The notes: generated by a model not told the origin, from the letters alone. DNA of 64,000 nucleotides from Candidatus Bathyarchaeota archaeon (GCA_963811105.1 CAWEPZ010000009.1:352001-416000), one strand, 5' to 3'; numbered from the stretch's first letter, positions 41,616 to 50,935 are shown. A program made the numbers and translations.

Positions 41616-42005
41616 CTATTTGCTAAGTATTTCTTCTTCTTCCTGAATGAGCAAGGGCAAAGATTCTCCGTGGGTTTTTACAAAATGCGACATTTTTTGG
41701 ATTGAAAAATTGTAAGCAACAACGGCTTTTCCGAATTTTTCTTTTCCTGCCGAAGTTACCCGGTAAACCACTTTACCTTTTTGAAGGGTGGATTTTATTA
41801 ATTTGTCGTCTTCCAAGCAGTGCAGAAGAGGATAGAGCGAACCTGGGCTAAGCAATATACCAAATTCTTTGTGGAGGGTCGCAATTATCTTATATCCGTG
41901 CGTAGACTCGCCAGTTAATATAGCCATAATTACGATATCCAAAAAAGTCTTGAGATGCCTTTCAGCAATCTTATTTTCATACATCACATTTTGAAATGAA
42001 AGCAT
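41616..42005 (-). CDS. PadR family transcriptional regulator
   Basis: THGYKII...LSPGSLYPLLHCLE...YRVTSAGK. Confidence 0.88.
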   Translation of the reverse strand: MLSFQNVMYENKIAERHLKTFLDIVIMAILTGESTHGYKIIATLHKEFGILLSPGSLYPLLHCLEDDKLIKSTLQKGKVVYRVTSAGKEKFGKAVVAYNFSIQKMSHFVKTHGESLPLLIQEEEEILSK

Positions 42006-42053
42006 AATACGACACCTAACAGCAGTAGTTTAATGATACGCAACATATATATG

Positions 42054-42071
42054 CCATGAATTAACTCATGG
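42054..42071. promoter_or_regulatory. Inverted repeat CCATGA-N6-TCATGG upstream of the padR TATA-like box
   Basis: Perfect 6-bp arms adjacent to ATATATAT, about 50 bp upstream of the padR ATG. Confidence 0.4.
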
Positions 42072-42408
42072 AGGAATATTAAGACATAAACATTTATCAT
42101 TGATAAAAAAATTTAAATAAAAATGTACATTTTAAAGGCAAAACATTGATATTGTGAAACATCCTTCTTGGTCTTTATTGACAATACGGCTGTATTAGTT
42201 TTGTATTGTTGAGTAACTTGCTTTGGCGTTACTGAACCCAATGTTAGCGAAAAAACATGAATTCAAATTCAAATAGAGTCAGGGTACTAATAAGTAAATT
42301 AAATTAAGCTAATATTGTTGTAAGTAGCGAATTCTGCCAAAACAATTATGATCGTCCTAACTCCCCTCATCTCCTACAGAACATGATTCGCTAGTTTGAG
42401 GGAGGCAC

Positions 42409-42564
42409 ATGGAGGAAGTCTCAAAAACTATTTCCGAAATGAAACAAAGGATAGCGTCTAAACTTAGAGCGGCGAAAGCTGGTTCAAGAGATAAAGCAGT
42501 TACAACCCAAGAGACTGATTATGACGTACCAGAACAAAAATGGCTGGATTATATTCCTGGATGA
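42409..42564 (+). CDS. Small hypothetical protein (51 aa), below the ORF-track cutoff
   Basis: GGGAGG SD plus ATG; MEEVSKTISEMKQRIASKLRAAKAGSRDKAVTTQETDYDVPEQKWLDYIPG. Confidence 0.5.
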   Translation: MEEVSKTISEMKQRIASKLRAAKAGSRDKAVTTQETDYDVPEQKWLDYIPG

Positions 42565-43064
42565 TTGTTTGCTTTGGTAAAAAAGACACCTGACAAACGA
42601 TATCGTTGCAACTCTTTACTAAATTAGTTCACACAATACCAGATTGCTTGATCTTCTGATTTCCACGAACAGAAGAGATGTAACATATGTGTGATCTCTT
42701 TTAGGGCATCGATCCAGAAAACATTAATGTTAGAGCTAGCGACTAAATCATTAATTTAGCTATGATTGCTTCATTTCTGGTACTAAAGTGCATAGACTTT
42801 CTTTTTCATTCACAGCACATCTGGAAGATATTATCGGGACTCTCTTTTCAAGAAAGTATGACCAGCGAACCGTAAAATCTCTCTACTCGTGCAAAACGAT
42901 GCTACACGGATTATTACTGATCAGAACTTTTTGAAACAGATTTTGGTCAACTTGGTAATGAACTCTTCAAGCTTTAACTTCATGCGAAAAAATGAAGGTT
43001 CATGTTACTGTAACAAAAAACGCCTTTTTTATAATAGTGAAAGATCGTGTAACAACAAACCATT

Positions 43065-43670
43065 TTAAGTTAACTCGACCAAAATCTTTTCTTCAGCTTC
43101 TTTTGTTTTTTCTTCAAGCATTCTCTTCAATTCATAAACGGCTACAGTGTGAAGCAAAGCTACCTCAGTGTTTGAATTATCCTTCTCGATTAAAACTTGA
43201 AGGGGGCTACTCTTTTCTTCCAAGTTTTCGTTCATATCGAAAGATAAACTCTTTATTCTGTCGATAGCTGTCTCGAACAAAACCCTATTTGGCTTTTTCC
43301 TAAACAAGAACAACCTTTGGTTTGTAAGGTAAAGATAACCTGATCTCCAGACACCTGAATTAAACTTGTCTCGGCAATAGTGTGAACCAAATGTCTTTAG
43401 AATAATTTCTTCATTCTCATTTAACGGAGCTTCTTCATTACTTTCCGCTAATACGGATTTTCGAATCTGCTCATCCCATGTTCCCATCATGCCGTAATCA
43501 ACCATCGTTGTCAACCCAGCGATCGCGGCTTTCAAATTGATTCCAATTAAAGGAACTCCAGAAACCGAAATTATGACATCTGCATGAAGAATTACGCCTT
43601 TGACCAAGATTCTGTCAACAAGATCTACAAGAGCTCCATCTCTTGAAGGCAACAAATTAGTCTTCTCCAA
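43065..43670 (-). CDS. gvpM: GvpM-like (GvpA/J/M family) protein fused to a GRAM/PH-like domain
   Basis: LVDRIL.KGVILHADVIISVSGVPLIGINLKAAIAGLTTMVDYG...WD resembles haloarchaeal GvpM. The C-terminal W.SGYLYLTNQRLFLF is a PH/GRAM signature. Confidence 0.75.
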   Translation of the reverse strand: MEKTNLLPSRDGALVDLVDRILVKGVILHADVIISVSGVPLIGINLKAAIAGLTTMVDYGMMGTWDEQIRKSVLAESNEEAPLNENEEIILKTFGSHYCRDKFNSGVWRSGYLYLTNQRLFLFRKKPNRVLFETAIDRIKSLSFDMNENLEEKSSPLQVLIEKDNSNTEVALLHTVAVYELKRMLEEKTKEAEEKILVELT

Positions 43671-45583
43671 AATCAGCTTCTAGCAAAATAACAGTTTCTC
43701 TTAAGTTGCAGAACTCTTCAGTAACGCGTTCATATGGCGCTTCTTCAAGATTTTTTACCGAAGCTTGAAGTTTTTTCTTTTTCTCGTTCGAAAACTTTTC
43801 ACCTAATTTATCTTCCAATGCGGAAAGTAACATCTTTGCTTGACTTACTTTTTTCAACTTTGTACTCAACCCCTCCTTAAGTTCGAGAAGCTTACTACTA
43901 AGCTCTCGGACTGTTTGGAGCTCATGGTCGTTCATTGCCTCATTTAATCGGTTCAGCGCCATTTCAACCTGCCTCCTGTCTTTGTTTGAAATTTTTCCAT
44001 TAGTCTCTTCCAAGAATTTTTGTGTTGCGTAGATTGTAAAAGTTGCTCGATTTTGGTTTTCTATTAATTCCTTTTTTATCTCATCTTCTTCGATAAACTT
44101 GGTTGCTTCCATAATCCTTCTCATGAGTTCTTCCTGAGAAAGACTCTTAGTATCTGCCACTTTGGCAACTTCTAGTTTTCCTGTTTCTAAAATTTCCGCA
44201 GAAACAGTTAAAATACCGTTAGCGTCAATTTCGAACGTCACTTCCACTTTCTGTTCATATTTAGGTGCCTTAGGAATACCCTCAAGCTTAAACAAACCTA
44301 TGGACGTGTTATCCTTAGCCATCTCCCGATCACCTTGTAAAACATTAATCATCATAGATGTCTGGTCATCCTCTTGCGTTGCGAAAGTCATGTTTTCCTC
44401 TGTCGGAATAGTACTGTTTCGTTTGATTAGACGCGTAAATAATCCGCCAGAAGTTTCTACACCCAAAGACAGCGGTGTGACATCTAACAACAACATATCT
44501 CTAATTTCGCCATTCAAAATACTGGCTTGAACGCCAGCACCTGTAGCGACTATACCCATGGGGTCTATACCTATTTCTGGTTCCTTTTTAAAATAACTTC
44601 TAAAATATTCTCTAACACATGGAATTCGGGTGGGTCCACCTACTAAAATTAGATTATCTATATCTTCGAGATCCAAACCGGAGTCTTCTAAGGCTTGCTC
44701 CATGGGACCTTTCAGCCTATCAAGTTGAGGTTTGATTAATTCTTCAAGCTTATCCCGAGTTAAAGTTATGAACAAACTTGTTATGGAGTCGTTTACATTA
44801 ACCTCCGTTTTTGCTGTTGTCCATAATTCAGTTGAAAGTTGAATCTTTGCCATTTCGCCAGCATCTCTTAGTTTGTTCAAGTTCCTACAGTCATTTTCTA
44901 AGCGAACTTTGTACTTTCTTTCAACTTCTTCAATCAAGATAATCTAAAATAGCATCATCCATGTCTTTGCCACCCAGATGAATATCTCCGCTAGTGGACA
45001 TGACTTGGAATAAACCATTTTTCATATGCAGAATAGTCACGTCGAAAGTTCCAGCGCCTAAGTCCAACACAGCCACATTTAGGTTTCTTCCTGCCTTGCC
45101 TAAACCGTAAGCTAGAGAAGCAGCTGTGGGTTCACTGACTACTCTTAAAACTTCAAAACCCGCTATTTCTCCAGCTTCCTTAGTAGCGTTTCTTTGATTA
45201 TTATTAAAGTAGGCGGGCGCAGAGATTACTGCCTTGTCTATTTTCTCTCCTAAATAAGTTTCAGCGTCTCTTTTTATCTTCTTGAGTATCAAAGCCGAGA
45301 TTTGTTGAGGACTATAAACCGTGCCATCAATATTTTCAACATGATCTGTACCAATTTTTCTTTTGATCCACCTTATCGCTCGCTCAGGGTGCTCATACGA
45401 GTAGTTTTTTGCAGGTTTACCAACGAGGATTTCACCATCTTCTTTAAATGCAACAATAGAAGGGAACATTTTTCCGTTAGGAGTTGGATCTTCTGCAGCA
45501 GGGACAAGTCTTATTTTTCCATCTTTCATAACAGCGGCAGCTGAGTTAGACGTCCCAAGATCTATTCCAATGGTTCTAATCAT
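43657..45583 (-). CDS. dnaK: Hsp70/DnaK chaperone inside the gvp operon, split into ORFs 44930..45622 and 43657..44937 by a +1 frameshift (likely a sequencing error)
   Basis: IGIDLGTSNS, PAYFNNNQR, EPTAASLAYG, DLGAGTFDV, HLGG.D.D, LVGGPTRIP, LLLDVTPLSLG and FEIDANGIL motifs. The junction TAT-CTTG-ATT-GAA restores DYLIEE with one base removed. Confidence 0.9.
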
Positions 45584-45599
45584 AATGATCCCTTGAAGA

Positions 45600-46583
45600 T
45601 TATTTAGCCGCCTTTTCTTCAATTACTATATTTTCTTCGACATCTGTTTTCGTAATTGAGCAAAGGTAATGTTCACAGTATTTAGTCAGCAGAGCTTGTG
45701 CTTCCCTTATTTTCTTGAACATCTTTTCGCAGGATGGGTCATCTGGGTGAAGGTCAGGATGGTATCGACGTGCTAGACTGTTGTATGCCATGTTAATTTC
45801 AGAAATACTTACTTCTTGACTTAGACCCATGGTTTTTCTCGCTTCCTCCAATGAATCAAAATTTATCTTTTTTACACCTATTTTTGCAAAATTGTATGCC
45901 GGCAAGGGACCGACGGAAATAAACTTCAGGTAATTAACGTGTTTTTTCTCTAACTCATTCAGTTTATCATAAAAATCCTGTTCTCGACTTTTATCAATAA
46001 GGAAAGCAGCATCCAAGAGTGTTTCTTGATCAATTATTTTGTTTTCTTCTGAATCTACTGATAAGCTCTTCAGAGTGCGTGCAATACCTTCCAAGTATTC
46101 AATTTTTCTTTGATCCAGTTCAGCCTTGACTCTTTTCCCTAGCTCAATTTTGTGTGACTGATTAGCGTTTTCTTTGTTTTCGTTGACTAGTTTTCGGATT
46201 TCTGCATTTTGGTTTAAAATGTTTAAGAGCATACCTTTATCCCATGAAATTTTGACGTTAATTTGTAATTTGTGGTCGACCTTTTCCATAGTTTTTTTAA
46301 GCTTCATTCGACCATGTTTGAGAATGTTCCTTATCTCTTCATCGTCTTTGGCTATAGCTCCAAATCTCATTGGAATAACTGTATGAGGTTCCATGATTTT
46401 CCGTAAAACATCATCATGAATTCTCGCCTCTGCTCTCCCAATACAACAATTCTCGCCGATGTCGCTGACTATAACACCCATGTCTTCAAATTGAACACTG
46501 TATATTTCCCCATTATCCATTCCAATTCTGCCGAAGCTTTTTTGGCAATCAGAGTTGATGATTCCGTAAATGTATTTGGGCAT
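45600..46583 (-). CDS. GvpF/L family protein fused to a C-terminal J domain
   Basis: YIYGII, H..VL...M..TVIPMRFG and GPLPAYNF (GvpF/L), then LGL-like helix...AY..LARRYHPD..P...F..I..A (J domain with HPD). Confidence 0.85.
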   Translation of the reverse strand: MPKYIYGIINSDCQKSFGRIGMDNGEIYSVQFEDMGVIVSDIGENCCIGRAEARIHDDVLRKIMEPHTVIPMRFGAIAKDDEEIRNILKHGRMKLKKTMEKVDHKLQINVKISWDKGMLLNILNQNAEIRKLVNENKENANQSHKIELGKRVKAELDQRKIEYLEGIARTLKSLSVDSEENKIIDQETLLDAAFLIDKSREQDFYDKLNELEKKHVNYLKFISVGPLPAYNFAKIGVKKINFDSLEEARKTMGLSQEVSISEINMAYNSLARRYHPDLHPDDPSCEKMFKKIREAQALLTKYCEHYLCSITKTDVEENIVIEEKAAK

Positions 46584-46589
46584 TCATTC

Positions 46590-47399
46590 TCACCGGGTTC
46601 CTTTTATTTTTGATTCGCTTAACTGGCCTGCAAAAGAATATGGTGGCCAAGGTCCAGTGAACCTAACGACAAATCCTTCATTCTTCAAATGTCCTAGCGT
46701 ATTTCCTAAGCTCTTAATTTTTTCTTGTTGTGCAAGACAAGTTACGTTAAGAACCATTTGTTTGCCTTGCCATTTCCCATGAACTTCCCGGTTTATTGAA
46801 CCAAGTTTTATTTCCTCAACAAGCTTCTCGATTTGAGCGTACAAATTTCTTGCATGTCTATCTATGAAAAGCTGTTTTTCAAGTTGTATTTCTTTTTCTA
46901 ACTTTTTCTCAATCAGATAAGCAGCGCCCCTACTTGTGCTCTCTATTTTCTTTTTTAAACTCTGGATTTCTAACTTGTTATTTAGAGTTTCATCAATCAG
47001 GCCGTTTTCGAGGAAAATCTGAACACCATACTCGGCTTTTCCCTTAAGTTTCATTAGCAAAGTTTTGAGCTGAAAGTATTCTTTGCTGAGCCACTCTTTG
47101 AGCGTTTCGTCGTCTCCTTTGAAAATCGTGTCAAAAGTTAGAGGAATAACAGTTCCATATTCCTCAGTAGCCAGGTCAATCACAAATTGATGCGCCAAAA
47201 TCCATTCTCCGGCTTTCTCTTTTGATGTCGTTACATAAGGCTTTGTCTCACACGAATGGATGACTACTCCTATATCTTGGAAAGTTACAACACTAACATA
47301 GCTATCTTCAACGCCGACTTGTCCAAAATTCTTCTTATTTGCACTATTGATTATACAGTATAGGTATCTTCCTTCTCTGCACCTATTTTCTTGAATCAT
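46590..47399 (-). CDS. gvpL: Gas vesicle protein GvpL
   Basis: EGRYLYCII, W..AHQ.VID.A...GT.IP..FDT, EYGVQI, G.AYLIEKK and FTGPWPPYSFA motifs. Confidence 0.85.
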   Translation of the reverse strand: MIQENRCREGRYLYCIINSANKKNFGQVGVEDSYVSVVTFQDIGVVIHSCETKPYVTTSKEKAGEWILAHQFVIDLATEEYGTVIPLTFDTIFKGDDETLKEWLSKEYFQLKTLLMKLKGKAEYGVQIFLENGLIDETLNNKLEIQSLKKKIESTSRGAAYLIEKKLEKEIQLEKQLFIDRHARNLYAQIEKLVEEIKLGSINREVHGKWQGKQMVLNVTCLAQQEKIKSLGNTLGHLKNEGFVVRFTGPWPPYSFAGQLSESKIKGTR

Positions 47400-47718
47400 T
47401 CAAGTCACCGTTATTGTTTATATTTTCAGGATTAGTCATGACTTCAACTGTGTCTTCAACTAGTCTGTCAAGGTCAGTTCGTAAAGATTTAACAATAGAT
47501 TGGAGGCCATTTTCATCTATTATATGTTTGAGGGCTCCATCAAGCTCTCTTAGGCCATTTCCTAATCTTTCAATCTCCTCGTCGCTCAGTTTACCAGACT
47601 CCATTCTCCGCACAGCTTCTTTTTCAAGAACCTCTTGAATAATTTCAACTAAAGCAACAATTACTCCGATGAGACCCGATTTTAGGTCACTTTCATTAAT
47701 TTCTATAGGCATTGTCAT
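47383..47718 (-). CDS. gvpK: Gas vesicle protein GvpK
   Basis: GL..VIVALVEII...LEKEAVRRMESGKLSDEEIERLG..L. Confidence 0.92.
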   Translation of the reverse strand: MTMPIEINESDLKSGLIGVIVALVEIIQEVLEKEAVRRMESGKLSDEEIERLGNGLRELDGALKHIIDENGLQSIVKSLRTDLDRLVEDTVEVMTNPENINNNGDLNDSRK

Positions 47719-48238
47719 TTCCTCTTTTGATTAATTTTACTTCTAAAACACCGTTGTTGATTGTTTTGCTAATTTTCTCTTCAACAAGGCAAGGGAGAGG
47801 GACTTCTTTGTAGTATTCTTGCCCCGATATTATTAGATGAGAATCTGCTATTGTTACTTGGATGGTTTCTTCTTTTGAAGGCAACATCGTTACAACTCTT
47901 AAGAGGATTTTTTCATCTATTACATCTACCAACTCATCGTTATGAGTTATACCTACCAACTCTTCGTCTGCCCACCAACTAAATAAAATTTTTTTGCCAT
48001 TAGAAGAATCGATTTTTGATCGTTGGAAAGTGGCAATGGGTTTTCCAATGACTTCTTGCGCTTTTGGGTTTATGATTTCCCTAATTTTAATAAGCACTTC
48101 CATATCCGAAGAGGCGCAAATCAGGTTTGTTAATTGCTTTATCCCTGCATGACGCTCTTTTATAAGATATATTGTTATATGCCTGCTTTTCTCGTCTAAA
48201 GTGTTAAGGAGCAGATCAAGTTTGTTCAGCGTACTCAA
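47696..48238 (-). CDS. wHTH-like domain plus Hsp20/alpha-crystallin domain (GvpH-like)
   Basis: C-terminal VDV..E...VV..LP...LIISG..Y.KEVPLP...NNGVLEVKL; N-terminal LDEKSR.I..YL...HAGIKQL. Confidence 0.7.
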   Translation of the reverse strand: MSTLNKLDLLLNTLDEKSRHITIYLIKERHAGIKQLTNLICASSDMEVLIKIREIINPKAQEVIGKPIATFQRSKIDSSNGKKILFSWWADEELVGITHNDELVDVIDEKILLRVVTMLPSKEETIQVTIADSHLIISGQEYYKEVPLPCLVEEKISKTINNGVLEVKLIKRGNDNAYRN

Positions 48239-48630
48239 CTGCGAACACCCACCTTAGATGCAACTTTTAATCCTTTTTGTTTCTTAGCTCTTGCGCTCTC
48301 CCATCCGCACCAAGGGCAAGCAAAATCCAACAATTCTTGCCTGTTAACCTGTTTGGAACATTGAGGGCAATCTTCTTTTTGTATTGAAGCGTCTTTCCAA
48401 GCAGCTGTTTCCAAATTGGTTCCTAATGGAAATTCTAGCCCGTATTTCGCAGCGGTTTCAAAAGAGGCAAGTGCAGCTCTGATTTTTATTCCTAGCAGCT
48501 CAACTCCAGCAACGCTAATAACTATGTCTGCGTTGATTACTAGTCCTTTATCTAGGATTCTATCTATAGCGTCCGCCAATCCTGAATGTTCTTTTTCGGG
48601 AGTTAAAGTAATGCTATCCAAGTTTTTCAT
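48235..48630 (-). CDS. gvpJ: Gas vesicle protein GvpJ with a C-terminal Zn ribbon
   Basis: LAD.IDRILDKGLVINADI.ISV..VELLGI.IRAALASFETAAKYGLEFP.GT (haloarchaeal GvpJ type); CPQC...CPWC. Confidence 0.9.
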   Translation of the reverse strand: MKNLDSITLTPEKEHSGLADAIDRILDKGLVINADIVISVAGVELLGIKIRAALASFETAAKYGLEFPLGTNLETAAWKDASIQKEDCPQCSKQVNRQELLDFACPWCGWESARAKKQKGLKVASKVGVRS

Positions 48631-48950
48631 TCCTTATTTTGTCCATATATCCAACCACACCAAGGGCACTCGCTTTTGAATTCTTCTTGAGTGGATTCTC
48701 GGTCGCAAATTGGACAAGCGTGCTTTGCGGCTAAAATTCTCCATGATGCTGTGTTCAAATTAGTGTTTTCAGGAAATTTCAAACCTATTTGCTTAGCCGT
48801 TTTAAATGATGAAAGGACGATACGTGATTTAGTGTCCAAAAGATCAATGTTGCTAAAACGAATCCTCGCATTTGAGTCAACTGTAACGCCCTTATCCATT
48901 ATTACGTCTAATACGCTGTTCAGAGTAGCATTTCGGGTTCTATTTGTCAT
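48627..48950 (-). CDS. Divergent second GvpJ-like protein with a Zn ribbon
   Basis: GGAGG SD before ATG 48950; L..VLD.IMDKGV.V...LSSFKTAKQIGLKFP..T; CPIC...CPWC. Confidence 0.75.
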   Translation of the reverse strand: MTNRTRNATLNSVLDVIMDKGVTVDSNARIRFSNIDLLDTKSRIVLSSFKTAKQIGLKFPENTNLNTASWRILAAKHACPICDRESTQEEFKSECPWCGWIYGQNKE

Positions 48951-49105
48951 CAATGAGAGATGCCTCCTTGAGATTGATTGATGCCCCATTCATTTGAAAA
49001 TGTAGTTAAGGCTGTCAATTTAGTCGCCTCGCGAAAACATTTTAAGACTTGTTGATAAGAGTGCCTTTTTCTGTTTATCTTTCATTACATTTTGCTCCTT
49101 TAAAT

Positions 49106-49396
49106 TCAACCTAATATGTTCATCCTCTGGCTGGGGCCCACTGTAAATAATCGTTTGTTCATCAATCGTTGATGGCAAAGCGTTTTGTCGCGCGTTTCGT
49201 ATTCTTCTTTTGTTATTTCGCCCAGTTCAAAGAGTAGTCTGTTTTCTCTTAATCCATCGTTAATTCTCTTCTGATTTTCCTTAAATCTTCCCTCATCAGC
49301 GTAATCCATGATTGTTTCCATAAGCCAGATCATATCAAATGGAGGAAAGGAAAGACCAATCATTTCTAAAAAAAGGTCGTCTACAAAAAATGGCAT
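49106..49396 (-). CDS. gvpG: Gas vesicle protein GvpG
   Basis: FFVDDLF...I.D.LRENRLLFELGEITKEEYE; directly follows gvpF. Confidence 0.85.
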   Translation of the reverse strand: MPFFVDDLFLEMIGLSFPPFDMIWLMETIMDYADEGRFKENQKRINDGLRENRLLFELGEITKEEYETRDKTLCHQRLMNKRLFTVGPSQRMNILG

Positions 49397-50061
49397 TAGA
49401 TTGCACCATTTCTTTTCTTAACTTCTACACCATCTGTGCCAATTCTAATGTACACAAAGTTATGGGGCGCCCAAGGTCCGCTATAGAGGAACTTTAAAGT
49501 TTGATACTTGTTTTTAAGTCTAACAACCTCATTCGAAAATGATTCTATTTGTTCTTTGCCGACTAAGAAGGAGGCATTCAAAATGAGTCTTCCACTAAAT
49601 AAGTCGCATGCAACTGCTTGTTTTGCTTTGGCTTTCAATGATTCTAAGATTTCTGAGGCGTACTCCTTTTTCTCGTAGGTATTGGCAAAAAGGTTTTTTT
49701 CAATTTGAACAACCTTTACTCCGAGTTCAACTGTGTTTTCAACAAGCTTTAGCGACTCCACTGTGGAATTATAGGCTTTTTTGAGCAAACGTTTTAGGAT
49801 TATTTCGTTTTTTATTGTTGTTCCGAATTCGGTTGGAACAACAGAGTACTTTTTCATGATTTCTTGCATGACGTTCTCATGTTTCGTTGTATTGTCTTCA
49901 GTTAACTCGTAATCTTTCATTGGAGAATCACTAACTACTGCTGCAATGTCTCGGCATAAAATGGTGTAGACTTCGTTATTTTCCAAGCCTACCCTACCGA
50001 AATTCTTTTTTTCACTACAATTTATTGCACAATAGAAGTATTTTCCGTCTTCTGTTTTCAT
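49396..50061 (-). CDS. gvpF: Gas vesicle protein GvpF
   Basis: GKYFYC, IAAVVSD, HE.V...VVP..FG, ELGVKV and SGPWAPHNFV motifs. Confidence 0.85.
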   Translation of the reverse strand: MKTEDGKYFYCAINCSEKKNFGRVGLENNEVYTILCRDIAAVVSDSPMKDYELTEDNTTKHENVMQEIMKKYSVVPTEFGTTIKNEIILKRLLKKAYNSTVESLKLVENTVELGVKVVQIEKNLFANTYEKKEYASEILESLKAKAKQAVACDLFSGRLILNASFLVGKEQIESFSNEVVRLKNKYQTLKFLYSGPWAPHNFVYIRIGTDGVEVKKRNGAI

Positions 50062-50079
50062 TTGTTTACCCTCTAAATG

Positions 50080-50907
50080 CTAAATTTCCAGTTGTAAGTA
50101 GTGGTTTAGAGCTTTGTGAGCTTGAATATGCTCGTAAACCATGCTTCTTATTCTCGGTTTAGCGTCTTCTACTGGACCGTAGACTATTTCCTTGCCTGAT
50201 TTCGTGATTTTCAATAGTCCTTTTTGTTTCAAAGAATGAAGAAGCGGGTATATAGTTCCTGGACTAAGTAAAACGTTGAACCTCAAATGAATGGTTCCTA
50301 TTATTTCGGTGCCGCACATCATTTGTTTTTGTAGAATAGACAAAATTAGATTTTCCAAGTTATCTTTCACTATTTTTTCAACGGATTTACCCGATACCCT
50401 CGAGTCATCGAAGAAATCTCCAGATAATATTGTCAGGTCATTTGTTGTTAGGCGAAGTTGATTGTGATATAAGGCTAATTGTTTAATTTTTTCAAAACTG
50501 AATCGTGATAGGTCGTAGGTACATAGACAGTTTATAGAGCGTTTTTTGCTCAATTCGTTCAGATAGTTTTCTCTTTTCTCGATTTCAGCTTCTTCTTGAT
50601 TGTCTAACGATCCTGCATCTACAATAAGTTGCAGATCATTACTTTCCTTTTCGAAACTGTAAATATCACGTGGATTGACAATTTCTAGTTGAATGTTTGG
50701 GTGATTGAATTCTTGTGCCAGGGATGAGCTATCGACATTGGTAACGTAGATTATTTTTTGATTTTGTCGAGTTGCTGGTATTAAGAACGCGTTTTGAATC
50801 GTGTATTTATCAACATTTGGAGCATACAGGTGGAGTGTATGGTTTGAGGTTCTTTTGTCCATGCTCGAAAATTGCTTGGAAGAATTGAAAAGGGAAGCTG
50901 TTTCCAT
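50080..50907 (-). CDS. MEDS-like sensory domain plus PadR wHTH regulator (GvpE-like)
   Basis: N-terminal H.LHLY...E.RE..LN....CLCTYD.......L..H (MEDS); C-terminal LE.LIL..L....CG..II...F.VLLSPGTIYPLLH.L. Confidence 0.75.
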   Translation of the reverse strand: METASLFNSSKQFSSMDKRTSNHTLHLYAPNVDKYTIQNAFLIPATRQNQKIIYVTNVDSSSLAQEFNHPNIQLEIVNPRDIYSFEKESNDLQLIVDAGSLDNQEEAEIEKRENYLNELSKKRSINCLCTYDLSRFSFEKIKQLALYHNQLRLTTNDLTILSGDFFDDSRVSGKSVEKIVKDNLENLILSILQKQMMCGTEIIGTIHLRFNVLLSPGTIYPLLHSLKQKGLLKITKSGKEIVYGPVEDAKPRIRSMVYEHIQAHKALNHYLQLEI

Positions 50908-50935
50908 AGTTGTTTCCTTCGTAGTTAGTGCATTT

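Noticed and set aside
43657-45622. DnaK as a naturally split two-gene Hsp70
   Set aside because: The break falls inside the nucleotide-binding domain and is repaired by deleting one base in the same CT->CTT context seen in other genes. An artefact is more likely.
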